64,000 nt of DNA, from contig CAWJWE010000004.1 of the NCBI GenBank assembly GCA_963846525.1, positions 5,097 through 69,096 on the forward strand, read 5' to 3'. This document shows, piece after piece, positions 9,123 through 19,751 of this stretch. The translations under genes were made by a program, and so were the position numbers. Below the pieces are notes generated by a model that did not search any database, was not told the origin of the DNA, and saw nothing but the letters and a program-made list of their open reading frames with translations. The stretch is from an uncultured Actinomycetota bacterium (GTDB lineage Bacteria; Actinomycetota; Actinomycetes; JACCUZ01). Position 1 is the first letter of the stretch. Every line of letters starts with the position of its first letter.

Positions 9123-10100
9123 TCAGCTCTCCCGGCGTACGTCCTCCGGTGCCTTGTCCGGGCGCAGCCCGCGCCACGCCGGGTGCCGCATCCGACCGTC
9201 GCGGGTCCACTCCGAGAATCGCACCTCGCCGACCAGCTGCGGCGTGACCCAGTGCGCGTCCTTGGCGTGCGCGCGGGGAACCTCGTCGGCGAACGGCGAG
9301 GTCCTCCGCTCCGCGGCCCGCAGCCGGCGCCCGAGGTCGGTGAGCATCGCGTCGGTGAACCCGGTGCCCACGTGCCCGGCGAAGACCAGCCGCCCCTCGT
9401 CGTCGGGTACGCCGAGCAGCAGCGAGCCGATCCCGCCCTCCCGCCGGCCGGACCCGGGCGACCAGCCGCCGACCACAACCTCCTGCATGCGCTCGTGCTT
9501 GACCTTGACCCAGTACGGCGAGCGCCGGCCGGGCAGGTACGTCGAGTCGTGCCGCTTGGCGAGGACACCTTCCAGCCCCTGGGCCCGGGAGGCCTCCAGG
9601 GCGTCCGCGGCGTGCCCGTCGAAGGCCGGCGGGACCGCCCAGCGGTCCCCCGCCAGCCCGAGACCCTCCAGGGCCGCGCGGCGCTCGTCGTAGGCGCGGT
9701 CCAGCAGGGAGGTGCCGTCCAGGTGCAGCAGGTCGAAGACCAGCAGGCTGACCGGGACCCGGTCGAGCAGCGCCCGGCCGGGGGCGCGGACGTGCATCCG
9801 GGCCTGGAGCTCGCCGAAGCTCGGCCGGCCGGCCTCGTCGAAGGCCACCACCTCACCGTCCAGGACGACCCGGTGGCCGGCCAGCGCCGCGGTGAGCCCG
9901 GCCAGCTCGGGGTAGGTCGCCGAGACCTCCCGGTCGTTGCGGGTCAGCAGCCGCAGGTCGCCGCCGTCCAGGTAGACGACCGCCCGGATGCCGTCCCACT
10001 TCATCTCGAACGCCCACCGGTGCTCCTGCTCCGGGGAGGGCAGCTCACCCGGGCTGGCCAGCATGGGACGCACGAGCGGCAGCGGGTCGTGACCGGACAC
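9123..10100 (-). CDS. ligC: ATP-dependent DNA ligase (LigC-type, ligase domain only)
   Basis: VSGHDPLPLVRPMLA..., the adenylation motif I EMKWDGIR, then EGVLAKRHDSTY, WVKVK and an OB-fold tail. I chose the GTG start at 10098-10100. The remainder of the 684-aa ORF 9123..11177 is antisense read-through. Confidence 0.85.
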   Translation of the reverse strand: MSGHDPLPLVRPMLASPGELPSPEQEHRWAFEMKWDGIRAVVYLDGGDLRLLTRNDREVSATYPELAGLTAALAGHRVVLDGEVVAFDEAGRPSFGELQARMHVRAPGRALLDRVPVSLLVFDLLHLDGTSLLDRAYDERRAALEGLGLAGDRWAVPPAFDGHAADALEASRAQGLEGVLAKRHDSTYLPGRRSPYWVKVKHERMQEVVVGGWSPGSGRREGGIGSLLLGVPDDEGRLVFAGHVGTGFTDAMLTDLGRRLRAAERRTSPFADEVPRAHAKDAHWVTPQLVGEVRFSEWTRDGRMRHPAWRGLRPDKAPEDVRRES

Positions 10101-10199
10101 GCTCCATTCGTACCGCACGCCGGTTCGAGCCGGCGCGGGTGACTGTGCTTCACTCGTTCCTTCCGACTTGTCCCCCCTGCAACCGGAGCGTTCCTCTCT

Positions 10200-11084
10200 A
10201 TGCCTACCGGCCGGCACCGCAGAACCCTGCCCTGGCAGGTCCGTCTGCAGCGCTGGGGGGTCCTGCCGGCAGCCGTGCTGGCGGCCACTGCGGTGGTCCC
10301 CGTCGCGGCCGCCCTCGAGCCGGCCGACGGGCGGACGCCTGCCCTGGCTGCGGCCTTCCAGCCGGCGGCGTGGGCCGCCGAGCGGGCCCAGGCCCGCACC
10401 GTGTCGCGGGACGCGGCCCGGCCGGAGCCGGCCGCCCCGCGGATGGCCGACGTCGTCGCCCTGGAGCTCCCCGGCGAGCGGGCCCCCCTGGACCTCTCGC
10501 CCCGGTGGGTGAGCGACGACCTCAAGGTCTGGAGCGACTCCGACGAGGGCAGTCGTCGGCTCACCGTGCTCGACGACGGCGACAAGGTCCAGGTGACCGG
10601 CGTGGTCCACGGTGACTGGGCGCAGATCTCCTACCGCAAGCAGCTGGCCTGGGTGAACAAGAAGTACCTGACCCGCAGCGAGCCGACCAGCGGCAGCGTG
10701 GCGTTCGCCAGCAGCCCCTCCGCACGGGTGTCCCTTGCGCCCTGCTCGGACGGCTCGTCCGTCGAGATCGGCCTGCAGGCCAACACGATCAAGGTGTATC
10801 GCTCGGTGTGCGCGGCGTTCCCGCAGGTCAGCTCGTGGGGTGGCCGGTCGGGCTCCGGCGACCACGGCGCCGGCCTGGCGCTGGACATCATGTGCAGTGG
10901 CTCCCTTGGCGACGCCATCGCGGCGTACGTGCGCGCCCACGCCGGCGAGCTCGGCGTCAGCGAGGTCATCTGGGCGCAGCACATCTGGACCGTGCAGCGC
11001 GGCGGCGAAGGATGGCGGCCGATGTCCGACCGTGGCTCGACCACTGCCAACCACTACGACCACGTGCACGTCTCGGTCTACTGA
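10200..11084 (+). CDS. Secreted SH3b-like domain protein with a conserved C-terminal domain of unknown function
   Basis: Signal/TM-like N-terminus (VLPAAVLAATAVVPVAAA), an SH3b-like segment (KVQVTGVVHGDWAQISYRKQLAWVNKKYL), and a C-terminus ending TANHYDHVHVSVY. Confidence 0.6.
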   Translation: MPTGRHRRTLPWQVRLQRWGVLPAAVLAATAVVPVAAALEPADGRTPALAAAFQPAAWAAERAQARTVSRDAARPEPAAPRMADVVALELPGERAPLDLSPRWVSDDLKVWSDSDEGSRRLTVLDDGDKVQVTGVVHGDWAQISYRKQLAWVNKKYLTRSEPTSGSVAFASSPSARVSLAPCSDGSSVEIGLQANTIKVYRSVCAAFPQVSSWGGRSGSGDHGAGLALDIMCSGSLGDAIAAYVRAHAGELGVSEVIWAQHIWTVQRGGEGWRPMSDRGSTTANHYDHVHVSVY

Positions 11085-11145
11085 CAATGTCGGAGTTAGG
11101 GGCCGGGGCATCGTCGGCTGACCACTCGCCACATCGGAGGTAGCC

Positions 11146-11421
11146 GTGTTCGCTCGAATCGCCGTGTGGGAGCCCATGCCCGACGACGAACGGCAATGGG
11201 TGATCGACGCCGCGAAGACCGTTCCCGGAGTCCTGGGCGCGTATCACCTGGTCGACCCCGCGACCGGGAACGGAATGTCCATCTCGTTCTTCGAAGATGA
11301 CGTGGACGTCGCCCAGGTCAAGGCCGCGATCGCTGAGAAGGCGCTCGAGATCGGCTGGAATGACATTCCCCGCCCGGCACCTCTATCCGAAACCATCTAC
11401 CAGGTCCTTCGGAGCGGCTGA
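11146..11421 (+). CDS. Small hypothetical protein (possible dimeric alpha-beta barrel / ABM-like fold)
   Basis: 91-aa ORF in a clean coding-like frame. No motif is recognised with certainty. Confidence 0.4.
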   Translation: MFARIAVWEPMPDDERQWVIDAAKTVPGVLGAYHLVDPATGNGMSISFFEDDVDVAQVKAAIAEKALEIGWNDIPRPAPLSETIYQVLRSG

Positions 11422-11536
11422 GCCGCGTACCGGCAGCAATCTCGCTAGGGCTCTTCCGTCTCCTCGCCTCGACGGGTTACGGTCCTGTCGGCCCCAAGGG
11501 AGACCCCCGGCCGTCCCGTTATCACGGAGGATCTTC

Positions 11537-14500
11537 GTGTCGTCGTCTGCTCGCGTGCGCCGTGCGCCCGTCGCAATCCTGTCCGTGCTCGCCGTCCTCG
11601 CCGCAGGTCTCGTGGCCGCAGCTCCCGCTCAGGCGGCCTCACCGGACTTGGTGGTCAGCCAGGTCTTCATCGGCGAGATCCACTACGACAACGTCGGCAC
11701 AGACTCGGGCGAAGCGGTGGAGATCGCTGCCGCGGGCAGCAGCAGACCTGTCGGCTTGGAGCCTCGTCCGGTGCAACGGCAACACTCCGACGGCGGCCGC
11801 AACCTACACATCCCCCGCGGCTCTCAATGGCCGGGTGTTGTCCCTGACTCGTGCAGCGGCTGGGGATTTGCACCGTTGTCAACTGACGCCGTCGACGGAC
11901 GCAGAACGGCGGAAACGACGGTGTGGCCCTGGTGGGACACACCTGGGCTGCGGTTGTACAGCTACCTCAGCTACGACGGGGTGTTCACGCATCCAACGGA
12001 GCCGCCGCGTGGGATGACGTCCACGGACATCGGCGTTGCGGAGAGGGCGCGACCCCGCTCGGCGACTCCTTGCAGTCGACCGGCGGTCCTGGCTGACGGA
12101 CCCCAGTGACTGCACGTGGCCGCCATCGTCAGCGGCAACACTCGAATGCCGCCAACTCGGGGGCCAGACCTTCCAGTCGACCGGCGACAGTGCGCCCAGC
12201 GTGTCGAGCACGAACCCCGCGAACGGCGCGACGGACGTGCCGGTCAGCAGCAACGTGAGCGTTACCTTCAGCGAGCCCGTCACAGTCACCGACGCGTCGT
12301 TCACCCTGAGCTGCGCGACCAGCGGCGCACATGCCATGACGCTCAGCGGTGGAGCGACCACCTACACCCTCGACCCGGCCGTCGACTTCGGCACGAACGA
12401 GCTGTGCACGCTCACCATCGTCGCCGCGAACGTCTCCGACGACGACGGCAACGACCCGCCGGACACCATGGCCGCCGACCATGTCGTGAACTTCACGACG
12501 GCAGCGCCGCCGCCGCCGACCGTGAAGATCCATCAGGTCCAGGGCCTGGCGCACACCTCCCCTTCAGCCGCCACATCGGTCACGGTGGAAGGTGTCGTCA
12601 CCGCGAAACGGACCAACGCCTTCTGGCTGCAGGAGGAGGACGCACAGTCCGACGCCGACCCTGGCACCTCCGAAGGAATTCTCGTCTTCACGAACAGTGC
12701 CCCAGCCGTCAACGTCGGCGACCTGGCCAAGGTCTCCGGCACCGTCGTGGAGTTCCGGCCGGGCGGGGCGGCGGGCACCACCAACCTCACCACCACGGAG
12801 CTCAGCAGCCCTGGCCTCGCCGTGACGGTGCTCTCCTCAGGCAACACCCTGCCGAGCCCCACCGTCATTGGCGCCGGGGGCCGGGTGCCACCGGGTGCGG
12901 TCATCGATGACGACGCGACCGGCAGCGTCGAGACGTCCGGAACCTTCGACGCCACCACAGACGGCATCGACTTCTACGAGTCACTCGAGGGCATGCGGGT
13001 CCAGGTGAACAAGGCCGTCGCCACCGGCCCCACCAACGCCTTCGGCGAGTTCTGGGTCGTGAGTGACGACGCCGGTCTGCGCACGGCCAGGGGCGGCATC
13101 GTGGTACGGGAAGGCGACTTCAACCCCGAGCGCATCCAGGTCGACGATGGCATCCCCGGCGTAACCTCACCGTCCGTCAACGTCGGCGCGACGTTCGACG
13201 AGCCGATCGTCGGGGTCCTCGACTACAACTTCGGCAACTTCGAGCTGGTGCCTACGACGACCCCCGTCGTGGCCACCGACACGCTGGCCCGCGAGGTGAC
13301 CAGGGCGGTTGAGGCCGACGAGCTCAGCGTGGCGAACTTCAACGTCGAGAACCTCTCGCCGAGCGACCCTCAGTCGAAGTTCGACGAGCTTGCCGACTTG
13401 ATCGTCACCAACCTCCGGGCTCCGGACCTGGTGATCCTCGAGGAGATCCAGGACAACACCGGACCCACGAACGACGGCGTCGTGGATGCCTCGCAGACCC
13501 TGCAAAAGCTCATCGACACGATCGCCGGCGCCGGCGGTCCCACCTACGAGTTCCGGCAGATCGACCCGGCCAACAACCAGGACGGCGGACAGCCCGGCGG
13601 CAACATCCGGGTCGGCTTCATGTTCCGCACCGACCGCGGCCTGGCGTTCGTCGACCGTCCGGGCGGGGACGCAACGACGGCGACTGCCGTGGTGGACGGT
13701 ACGGAGGGCCCGGAACTGTCGGTCAGCCCAGGCCGCATCGAGCCGGCAAACACCGCCTGGAACAGCAGCCGAAAGCCGCTGGTGGGCGAGTTCACCTACA
13801 ACGGACACAAGCTGTTCGTCGTCGGCAACCATTTCAACTCCAAGGGTGGCGACGAGCCGCTGTTCGGTCGCTTCCAGCCGCCGACCCGCAGCAGTGAGGT
13901 CCAGCGCAACCAGCAGGCGCGGCTGGTCAAGGACTTCGTCGACGCGATCGTGGCCAAGGACCCCGACGCGAAGGTTGTCGTGGGCGGCGACCTGAACGAC
14001 TTCGAGTTCTCCGACGCGGTCCAGCAGCTCACGTCCGACGGGTCGCTGACGTCGCTCATCGAGACCCTGCCGCCCGACGAGCGCTACAGCTACGTGTTCG
14101 AGGGCAACTCCCAGACGCTGGACCACATCCTGGCCAGTGAGTCACTGCTGCCCCTGGCGAACTTCGACGTCGTGCACGTCAACGCCGAGTTCGCCGACCA
14201 GGCGAGTGACCACGACCCGTCCGTGGCGCGGTTCTCGCTCCCCAATGCCGCACCGACCATCGACGACGTCAGCACCGTTTCGCCGGTCGCCTGTGAAGCC
14301 GTCAGCTCCGTCACGTTCACCACCTCCGACCCGAGCCTCGGCGACAGGGTCGACGCCACGGTGACCTGGGGCGACGGAATGACAACGGAGCTGGCCGACG
14401 TGGAGGGGACCGTCACGGCGGAGCACACCTACGCCCTGGCCGGCACCTACACCGTGACGATCGACGTGACCGACGGGATCTCGTCCGACAGCGAGACAGT

Positions 14501-14819
14501 CGAGCTCGTCGTGAACTACACGGTCGTGGGTGGAGGACTGGAGTCACCACGACCCGGCGCCACCGCCAAGTACGGGTCGACCACGCCCGTCAGAGTCGTG
14601 CTCGAGGACTGTGACGGGAGCCGGCCGAGCGACCTGGCGCCGACGCTGACCGTGACCCGAGCGAGCTACCGCCTCGACGCCGGAACGATGAAGTTCGACG
14701 ACGGGCACTACATCCTGCCGTTCAAGACGTCGCGGCTGCCCGGTCGCGGGACCTACACCTACGTGGTGACGGTCCCTGAGACCGGCCAGGAGATCACGAG
14801 GTCGATCCGGCTGACCTGA
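11537..14819 (+). pseudogene. ExeM/NucH-family extracellular nuclease (LTD - Ig-like - endonuclease/exonuclease/phosphatase - PKD), N-terminal LTD domain scrambled by about 6 indels
   Basis: GTG at 11537 after a GGAGGA SD; signal peptide VAILSVLAVLAAGLVAAAPAQA; LTD motifs IGEIHYDNVGTDSGEAVEI, DLSAWSLV, QNGGNDGVALV, LSYDGVFT, GMTSTDIGVAE and GATPLGDSLQSTG alternate between frames across 11740-12110. From 12036 on there is a clean 927-aa ORF with EEP motifs (SVANFNVENL, GNHFNSKGGD, GDLNDFEFS, SDHDPSVARF) and a PKD-like VTWGDG...YTVTIDVTDG. Confidence 0.8.
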
Positions 14820-16749
14820 GCCGGCGCAGGGCGCCGACCGCGACCTCGTGGTCGGTGGTCGGCCAGAAGGGCGGCAGCGAGGCCCGCAGGAACCCGGCGT
14901 ACCGGGCGGTCGCCAGCCTCGAGTCGAGCACCGCGACCACCCCGCGGTCCGAGCTGCGGCGCACCAGCCGGCCGGCCCCCTGCGCCAGCCGCAGCGCAGC
15001 GTGGGCCGCTGACACCGTCATGAAGCCGTTGCCGCCGGCGTCGGCTACCGCCTGGGCGCGGGCGGACATCAACGGGTCGTCGGGCCGCGGGAACGGGATC
15101 CGGTCGATCACCACCAGCCGGCAGGCGTCGCCGGGGACGTCCACGCCCTGCCAGAGCGAGAGCGTGCCGAACAGGCAGGTCGCCTCGTCGGCCGCGAACG
15201 CCGCGACCAGGGCGGCGGTGCGCTCCTCCCCCTGGCAGAGCACCGGCACCTCGAGCCGCTCGCGCATCGCGGCTGCCGCGGCCTCGGCGGCCCGCATCGA
15301 GGAGAACAACCCGAGGGTGCGGCCGCCGGCCGCCTCGACCAGCGCGGCGAGCTCGTCCAGGGCCGCCGGCGAGGTGCCGTCCCGTCCCGGCGGCGGCAGT
15401 CGCCGCGCGACGTAGAGGATCGCCTGCCGGGGGTAGTCGAACGGCGACCCGACGTCCAGCCCGGTCCAGTCCGGCGCCTCCTCACCGGTGAGGCCGACCT
15501 GCCGGGCGACGGCCTCGAAGCTGCCGCCGACCTCCAGGGTGGCGCTGGTGAGGACCACCGACCGCTCGCCGAACAGCGCCTCGCGCAGCAACCCGTTCAC
15601 CGACAGCGGCGCGACCCGCAGCACGGCGCCGCGCCGCGGGTCGCGGGAGACCCACGCCACGTCGTACGGCGAGTGGGCGGCGACCCGTTCGGCCGTGTCG
15701 TGCACCGCGTCGACCGCGGCGTGGGCCACCTTGCGCGCGCCGTCGTCGGCCTGCTTGGCCCGGGACAGCTCGGACAGGACGTCCCGCGCCGCGTCGCGCA
15801 CCAGCGACACCGCGGTGGCGAGCTGCTCGGGGAGGGTGACCAGGCGCCCCTCGGGCAGGGTCTCGAGCGCCACCTCGAGCGCCTCGGCCGCTTCGGTGAG
15901 GTCCTCGGTCCCGTCGACCAGGCGACGCGCCTGCCTGGCTGCCCGCTCGGCCATCGGGGCGGTCAGCTCGTCGGTGGCCACCCCGGTGACCCGGTCGACC
16001 AGCTCGTGCGCCTCGTCGACGACCACCGCGTCGTGCTCGGGCAGCAGCGCGAAGCTCTCCAGCGCATCGATGGCCAGCATCGCGTGGTTGGTCACCACGA
16101 TCTCGACCTCGGCGGCCCGGTTGCGGGACAGCTCGGCGAAGCACTCGGCGCCGTAGGGGCACTTGGCCGCGCCCAGGCACTCCCGCGCGGTGACGCTGAC
16201 CTGGCGCCAGGCCCGGTCGGACACGCCCGGGTCGAGCTCGTCGCGGTCGCCGGTCTCGGTCTCGTCGGACCAGCCGCGCAGCCGGACGACGTCGCGCCCG
16301 AGCGCCGTGGTCGGCGACGGGTCGAACAACGCCTCGCCGTCGTCGTCCGGCATGCCGCCGTGCACCTTGTTCCGGCACAGGTAGTTGGACCGGCCCTTGA
16401 GGATCGCGTACGTCGGTCGCCGCCCGAGCAGCGGCTCGACCGCGTCGACGAGGGCCGGCAGGTCACGGTCGACGACCTGGTTCTGCAGCGCGAGGGTGGC
16501 CGTCGCGACCACCACCGGCCCGCCGTGCAGCAGCGCGGGGACCAGGTAGGCCAGCGACTTGCCGGTGCCGGTGCCGGCCTGGACGAGCAGGTGGCTGCCC
16601 TCGGCCATCGCCGTCGCGACCGCCTCGGCCATCTGCACCTGGCCGGGCCGCTCGCTGCCGCCGATGCCGGCCACCGCCGCCTCGAGCAGCTCGCGCAGCG
16701 ACGGCGGCTCGGCGGGCGGCTCGGCGGTCTCCGAACGGGCGGCGGTCAC
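14794..16749 (-). CDS. dinG: DinG/Rad3-family ATP-dependent DNA helicase
   Basis: Walker A QAGTGTGKSLAY, DEAH box VVDEAHEL, and an Fe-S Cys cluster region (YLCRNK ... CLGAAKCPYGAECF). Confidence 0.85.
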   Translation of the reverse strand: MTAARSETAEPPAEPPSLRELLEAAVAGIGGSERPGQVQMAEAVATAMAEGSHLLVQAGTGTGKSLAYLVPALLHGGPVVVATATLALQNQVVDRDLPALVDAVEPLLGRRPTYAILKGRSNYLCRNKVHGGMPDDDGEALFDPSPTTALGRDVVRLRGWSDETETGDRDELDPGVSDRAWRQVSVTARECLGAAKCPYGAECFAELSRNRAAEVEIVVTNHAMLAIDALESFALLPEHDAVVVDEAHELVDRVTGVATDELTAPMAERAARQARRLVDGTEDLTEAAEALEVALETLPEGRLVTLPEQLATAVSLVRDAARDVLSELSRAKQADDGARKVAHAAVDAVHDTAERVAAHSPYDVAWVSRDPRRGAVLRVAPLSVNGLLREALFGERSVVLTSATLEVGGSFEAVARQVGLTGEEAPDWTGLDVGSPFDYPRQAILYVARRLPPPGRDGTSPAALDELAALVEAAGGRTLGLFSSMRAAEAAAAAMRERLEVPVLCQGEERTAALVAAFAADEATCLFGTLSLWQGVDVPGDACRLVVIDRIPFPRPDDPLMSARAQAVADAGGNGFMTVSAAHAALRLAQGAGRLVRRSSDRGVVAVLDSRLATARYAGFLRASLPPFWPTTDHEVAVGALRRLRSAGSTS

Positions 16750-16830
16750 CGACCGAGGCTAGTGCGGTCGGCCCACGGTCCGGCGTACCGCCTGTGCACA
16801 ACGCGCCCACCCGAGGCCCCGACAGCGCTG

Positions 16831-16892
16831 AACGGTGCCCGACAGCGGCCCATTCACCGCTGTTGGGCACCGTTGATCACGTTCACGTGATC
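16831..16892 (-). terminator. Hairpin plus short palindrome downstream of hflX
   Basis: aacggtgcccgacagcgg / ccgctgttgggcaccgtt forms an 18-bp stem with one mismatch (16831-16874), followed by gatcacg-ttca-cgtgatc (16875-16892), just after the hflX stop at 16907. Confidence 0.5.
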
Positions 16893-16906
16893 AACTCGGC
16901 AGCGCG

Positions 16907-18397
16907 TCAGCGGAGCGGGGCGGTGCTCGGCGCGAACGGCGCCAGCTCGGCGGCCAGGGCCGCGTTGACCAGCGCCCGCACCCGGGTTCCCTCGGCGCGG
17001 TGCTCCTGCTCGAGCAGCTCCCCGTCGTCGTGCACCCGCGAGACCAGGTCGCCCCGGTCGTAGGGGACGACCACGTCGACCGGGACCGACGGGCGGGGCA
17101 GCTCGCGGGCGATCACCTGACGCAGCTCGTCGATGCCGAGCCCGGTGCGCGCCGACACGACGATGCTGTGCTTCTCGCGGCGGCGCAGCCGGTCGATCAC
17201 CAGCGGGTCGGCGAGGTCGGCCTTGTTGATGACGACGAGCTCGGGGACGTTCTGGGCGTCGACGTCGGACAGCACGGCCCGGACGGCGGCGAGCTGGGCT
17301 TCGGGGTCGGCGTCCGAGCCGTCGACGACGTGCAGGATCAGGTCGGCCCCGGCGACCTCCTCCAGGGTCGAGCGGAACGCCTCGACGAGCTGGTGCGGCA
17401 GGTGCCGGACGAAGCCGACGGTGTCCGCCAGGGTGTACGTCCGGCCGTCCGGGGTCTCGGCGCGCCGCACGGTCGGGTCGAGGGTGGCGAACAGCGCGTT
17501 CTCGACCAGCACCCCGGCGCCGGTGAGCCGGTTGAGCAACGAGGACTTCCCGGCGTTGGTGTAACCGGCAATGGCCACCGAGGGGACCTCATGGCGCCGG
17601 CGCTCCTGGCGCTTGGTGTCTCGGGCGGTCTTCATGTCGCGGATCTCGCGGCGGAGCTTGGCCATCTTGGTCCGGATCCGACGGCGGTCGGTCTCGATCT
17701 TGGTCTCACCGGGACCACGGGTGCCGACCCCGCCGGAGGCCGACCCGCCGGCACCACCGGCCTGCCGGGACATCGACTCTCCCCAGCCGCGCAGTCGCGG
17801 CAGCATGTACTCCATCTGGGCCAGCGAGACCTGCGCCTTGCCCTCGCGGCTGCTCGCGTGCTGGGCGAAGATGTCGAGGATCAGGGCGGTCCGGTCGACG
17901 ACCTTGACCTTGACCACGGCTTCCAGCTGGCTGAGCTGGCCGGGCGTGAGCTCGCCGTCGGCGATGACCGTGTCGGCGCCGGTGGCCACGACGAGGTCGC
18001 GCAGCTCGCGCGCCTTCCCGGAGCCGATGAACGTCGCGGCGTCCGGCTTGTCGCGGCGCTGGATCAGGGCCTCGAGCACGTGGGAGCCGGCCGTCTCGGC
18101 CAGCGCCGCCAGCTCGGCCAGCGAGTTCTCGGCGTCCTGCGAGGACCCCTCGGTCCAGACGCCGATCAGCACCACCCGCTCGAGGCGCAGCTGCCGGTAC
18201 TCGACCTCGGTGACGTCCTCGAGCTCGGTCGACAGCCCGGCGACCCGGCGCAGCGCCTGCCGGTCGGCCAGGTCGTACTGCTCGCCGTCGTGGTCGCGCG
18301 GGTCTGTCTGGTAGAGCGGGGCGGCGGGCTCAGGGGCCGGCGCCGCGGGGTCGAGGTGGTCGTCGAAGGCAGAAGTCATCGTGCTCCAGGGTGACAC
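16907..18397 (-). CDS. hflX: GTPase HflX
   Basis: G1 motif GYTNAGKSSLLN, DTVGF, NKAD, and the HflX N-terminal domain. An alternative ATG start lies at 18379. Confidence 0.9.
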   Translation of the reverse strand: MSPWSTMTSAFDDHLDPAAPAPEPAAPLYQTDPRDHDGEQYDLADRQALRRVAGLSTELEDVTEVEYRQLRLERVVLIGVWTEGSSQDAENSLAELAALAETAGSHVLEALIQRRDKPDAATFIGSGKARELRDLVVATGADTVIADGELTPGQLSQLEAVVKVKVVDRTALILDIFAQHASSREGKAQVSLAQMEYMLPRLRGWGESMSRQAGGAGGSASGGVGTRGPGETKIETDRRRIRTKMAKLRREIRDMKTARDTKRQERRRHEVPSVAIAGYTNAGKSSLLNRLTGAGVLVENALFATLDPTVRRAETPDGRTYTLADTVGFVRHLPHQLVEAFRSTLEEVAGADLILHVVDGSDADPEAQLAAVRAVLSDVDAQNVPELVVINKADLADPLVIDRLRRREKHSIVVSARTGLGIDELRQVIARELPRPSVPVDVVVPYDRGDLVSRVHDDGELLEQEHRAEGTRVRALVNAALAAELAPFAPSTAPLR

Positions 18398-18439
18398 GGA
18401 ACCGAACGGCCCGTCTTGCGGTTAACGCCGCGGGGCCGC

Positions 18440-19195
18440 TCAGGCTTCCGATCGGGCGGCGGCAGCCGCGGCGCCGAGCAGCCGCAGCAGGTCGTCCCGC
18501 TGACGGTCGTCGAGCACGGCGTACGCCGATCCGACCTGGGCGTCGGTGGCCTCCTCCGCCTGGGCCAGCCGGGCCCGCAGCTCCCCGGTGACCTCCGGCA
18601 GCGGCCCGGACCAGCCGAAGAACGCGGCGTTGCCCGGTCCCCCGGCACCGGCCACGATCGCCTCCAGCGGGCTGAGACCAAGGGTGCGCACCGCCCCGAG
18701 GTGTGCGCCGCCGCGGTGCTCGCGCAGCACGTGCAGCAGCTGCACGACCCGGCCGGGCCCGTCGTCGGGCAGCGGCTGGGCCCGCCAGGCGGCGAACAGC
18801 GGCCAGCCCGCGGCGTCGGCGGCGCCCACGACCCGCTCGAGCAGCTCGGCCAGCAGGTCGGCCTCGGCCAGCCCGGCGTACCGGGACCGGCCCCAGGCGC
18901 GGCACGCCTCGACGTACCGGGCGACGGTCTCGGGCAGCGGCGCGACGGCCAGCCCGCCCTCCCAGCCCTGACGCACCAGGTCAGGGTGCAGGAAGCCCAG
19001 CGCCGCGTCGACCACCTCGGCGCCGACGTCGCCGAGGACGCCGGCCCGGCCGGCCACGTAGAGCTGCCAGCCGCGGTAGCCGCCGTCCTTGCCCGCCGCC
19101 TTGGCCTCGGAGGAGATCATGAAGGCCCCGCCGAGCCCGGTCACCACCGGTTTCGCTGCCGCGGCGGTGCCGACGCCGTCGGTCAGGACGGTCAC
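18440..19195 (-). CDS. Conserved actinobacterial hypothetical protein
   Basis: GTG at 19193-19195 overlaps the upstream stop (GTGA). The 251-aa product (…FLHPDLVRQGWEGG…LREHRGGAHL…) has coding-like composition. Confidence 0.55.
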   Translation of the reverse strand: MTVLTDGVGTAAAAKPVVTGLGGAFMISSEAKAAGKDGGYRGWQLYVAGRAGVLGDVGAEVVDAALGFLHPDLVRQGWEGGLAVAPLPETVARYVEACRAWGRSRYAGLAEADLLAELLERVVGAADAAGWPLFAAWRAQPLPDDGPGRVVQLLHVLREHRGGAHLGAVRTLGLSPLEAIVAGAGGPGNAAFFGWSGPLPEVTGELRARLAQAEEATDAQVGSAYAVLDDRQRDDLLRLLGAAAAAARSEA

Positions 19196-19751
19196 GCCGG
19201 TTCGCCCTCGATCGCGTCGACGGCGTCCTCGTAGGCGGCGATCGTGGCCAGCACGTCGAGAACCTCCTCGACGTCGAGCACGCGACCCTCGGTGATGGCC
19301 GGTCGCTGCACCGCGTCGCGGACCAAGGGTTCCAGCCGGGTCGACGCGGCGTGCGTCCAGCCGTAGTCCTGGCGGATCGTCGACAGCACGTCGATCAGCT
19401 CGGCCGGCCGGTCTCCGGCACGGTGGGCAGCACCGTCGTCGCCGCATCGAGCCAGGCCCACTCGTCGTCGCTGTCGTCGAGGACGTCGGTGACGAGGGTG
19501 AAGAGCGTCATGTGCACGCTCCACGAGCAGACGTCGACGTCCTCGTGGTCGTCGTGGCCCAGGGCCTGCGTCCGGCGCACCATCGCGCGCGCCTTGTCGC
19601 GGTCACCCTGGTGCAGTGCGACCGCGGCCTTCTCGAGCAGGTTCTCGGCGGCCAGCTGCTGTGCCTGCGAGGCCTCGGCGAGGACGAGGTTCGACTCCCG
19701 GCGGAGCGCCTCGAGCCGGGCCGCGGTCGGCGCAGCCCCCGGGTCGGTCAC
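19192..19751 (-). pseudogene. Acidic hypothetical protein, one frameshift near 19400-19415
   Basis: ORF 19395..19751 (MTDPGAAPTAARLEALRRE...TVLPTVPETGRP) continues in the frame of ORF 19192..19524 (AELIDVLSTIRQDYGWTHAASTRLEPL...AIEGEPA). Confidence 0.5.

Noticed and set aside
10101-10199. A ydaO-type (c-di-AMP) riboswitch upstream of the secreted SH3b/cell-wall-type protein
   Set aside because: The context is suggestive, but I could not find the conserved ydaO core motifs or pseudo-symmetric helices in the 100-nt leader.
9123-11177. A 684-aa minus-strand ORF that looks like one large protein
   Set aside because: Only the C-terminal 325 aa (9123-10100) is ligase-like. The upstream part is Arg/Gly/Pro-rich text antisense to the well-supported plus-strand SH3b protein gene (10200-11084), a typical high-GC open-frame artefact.
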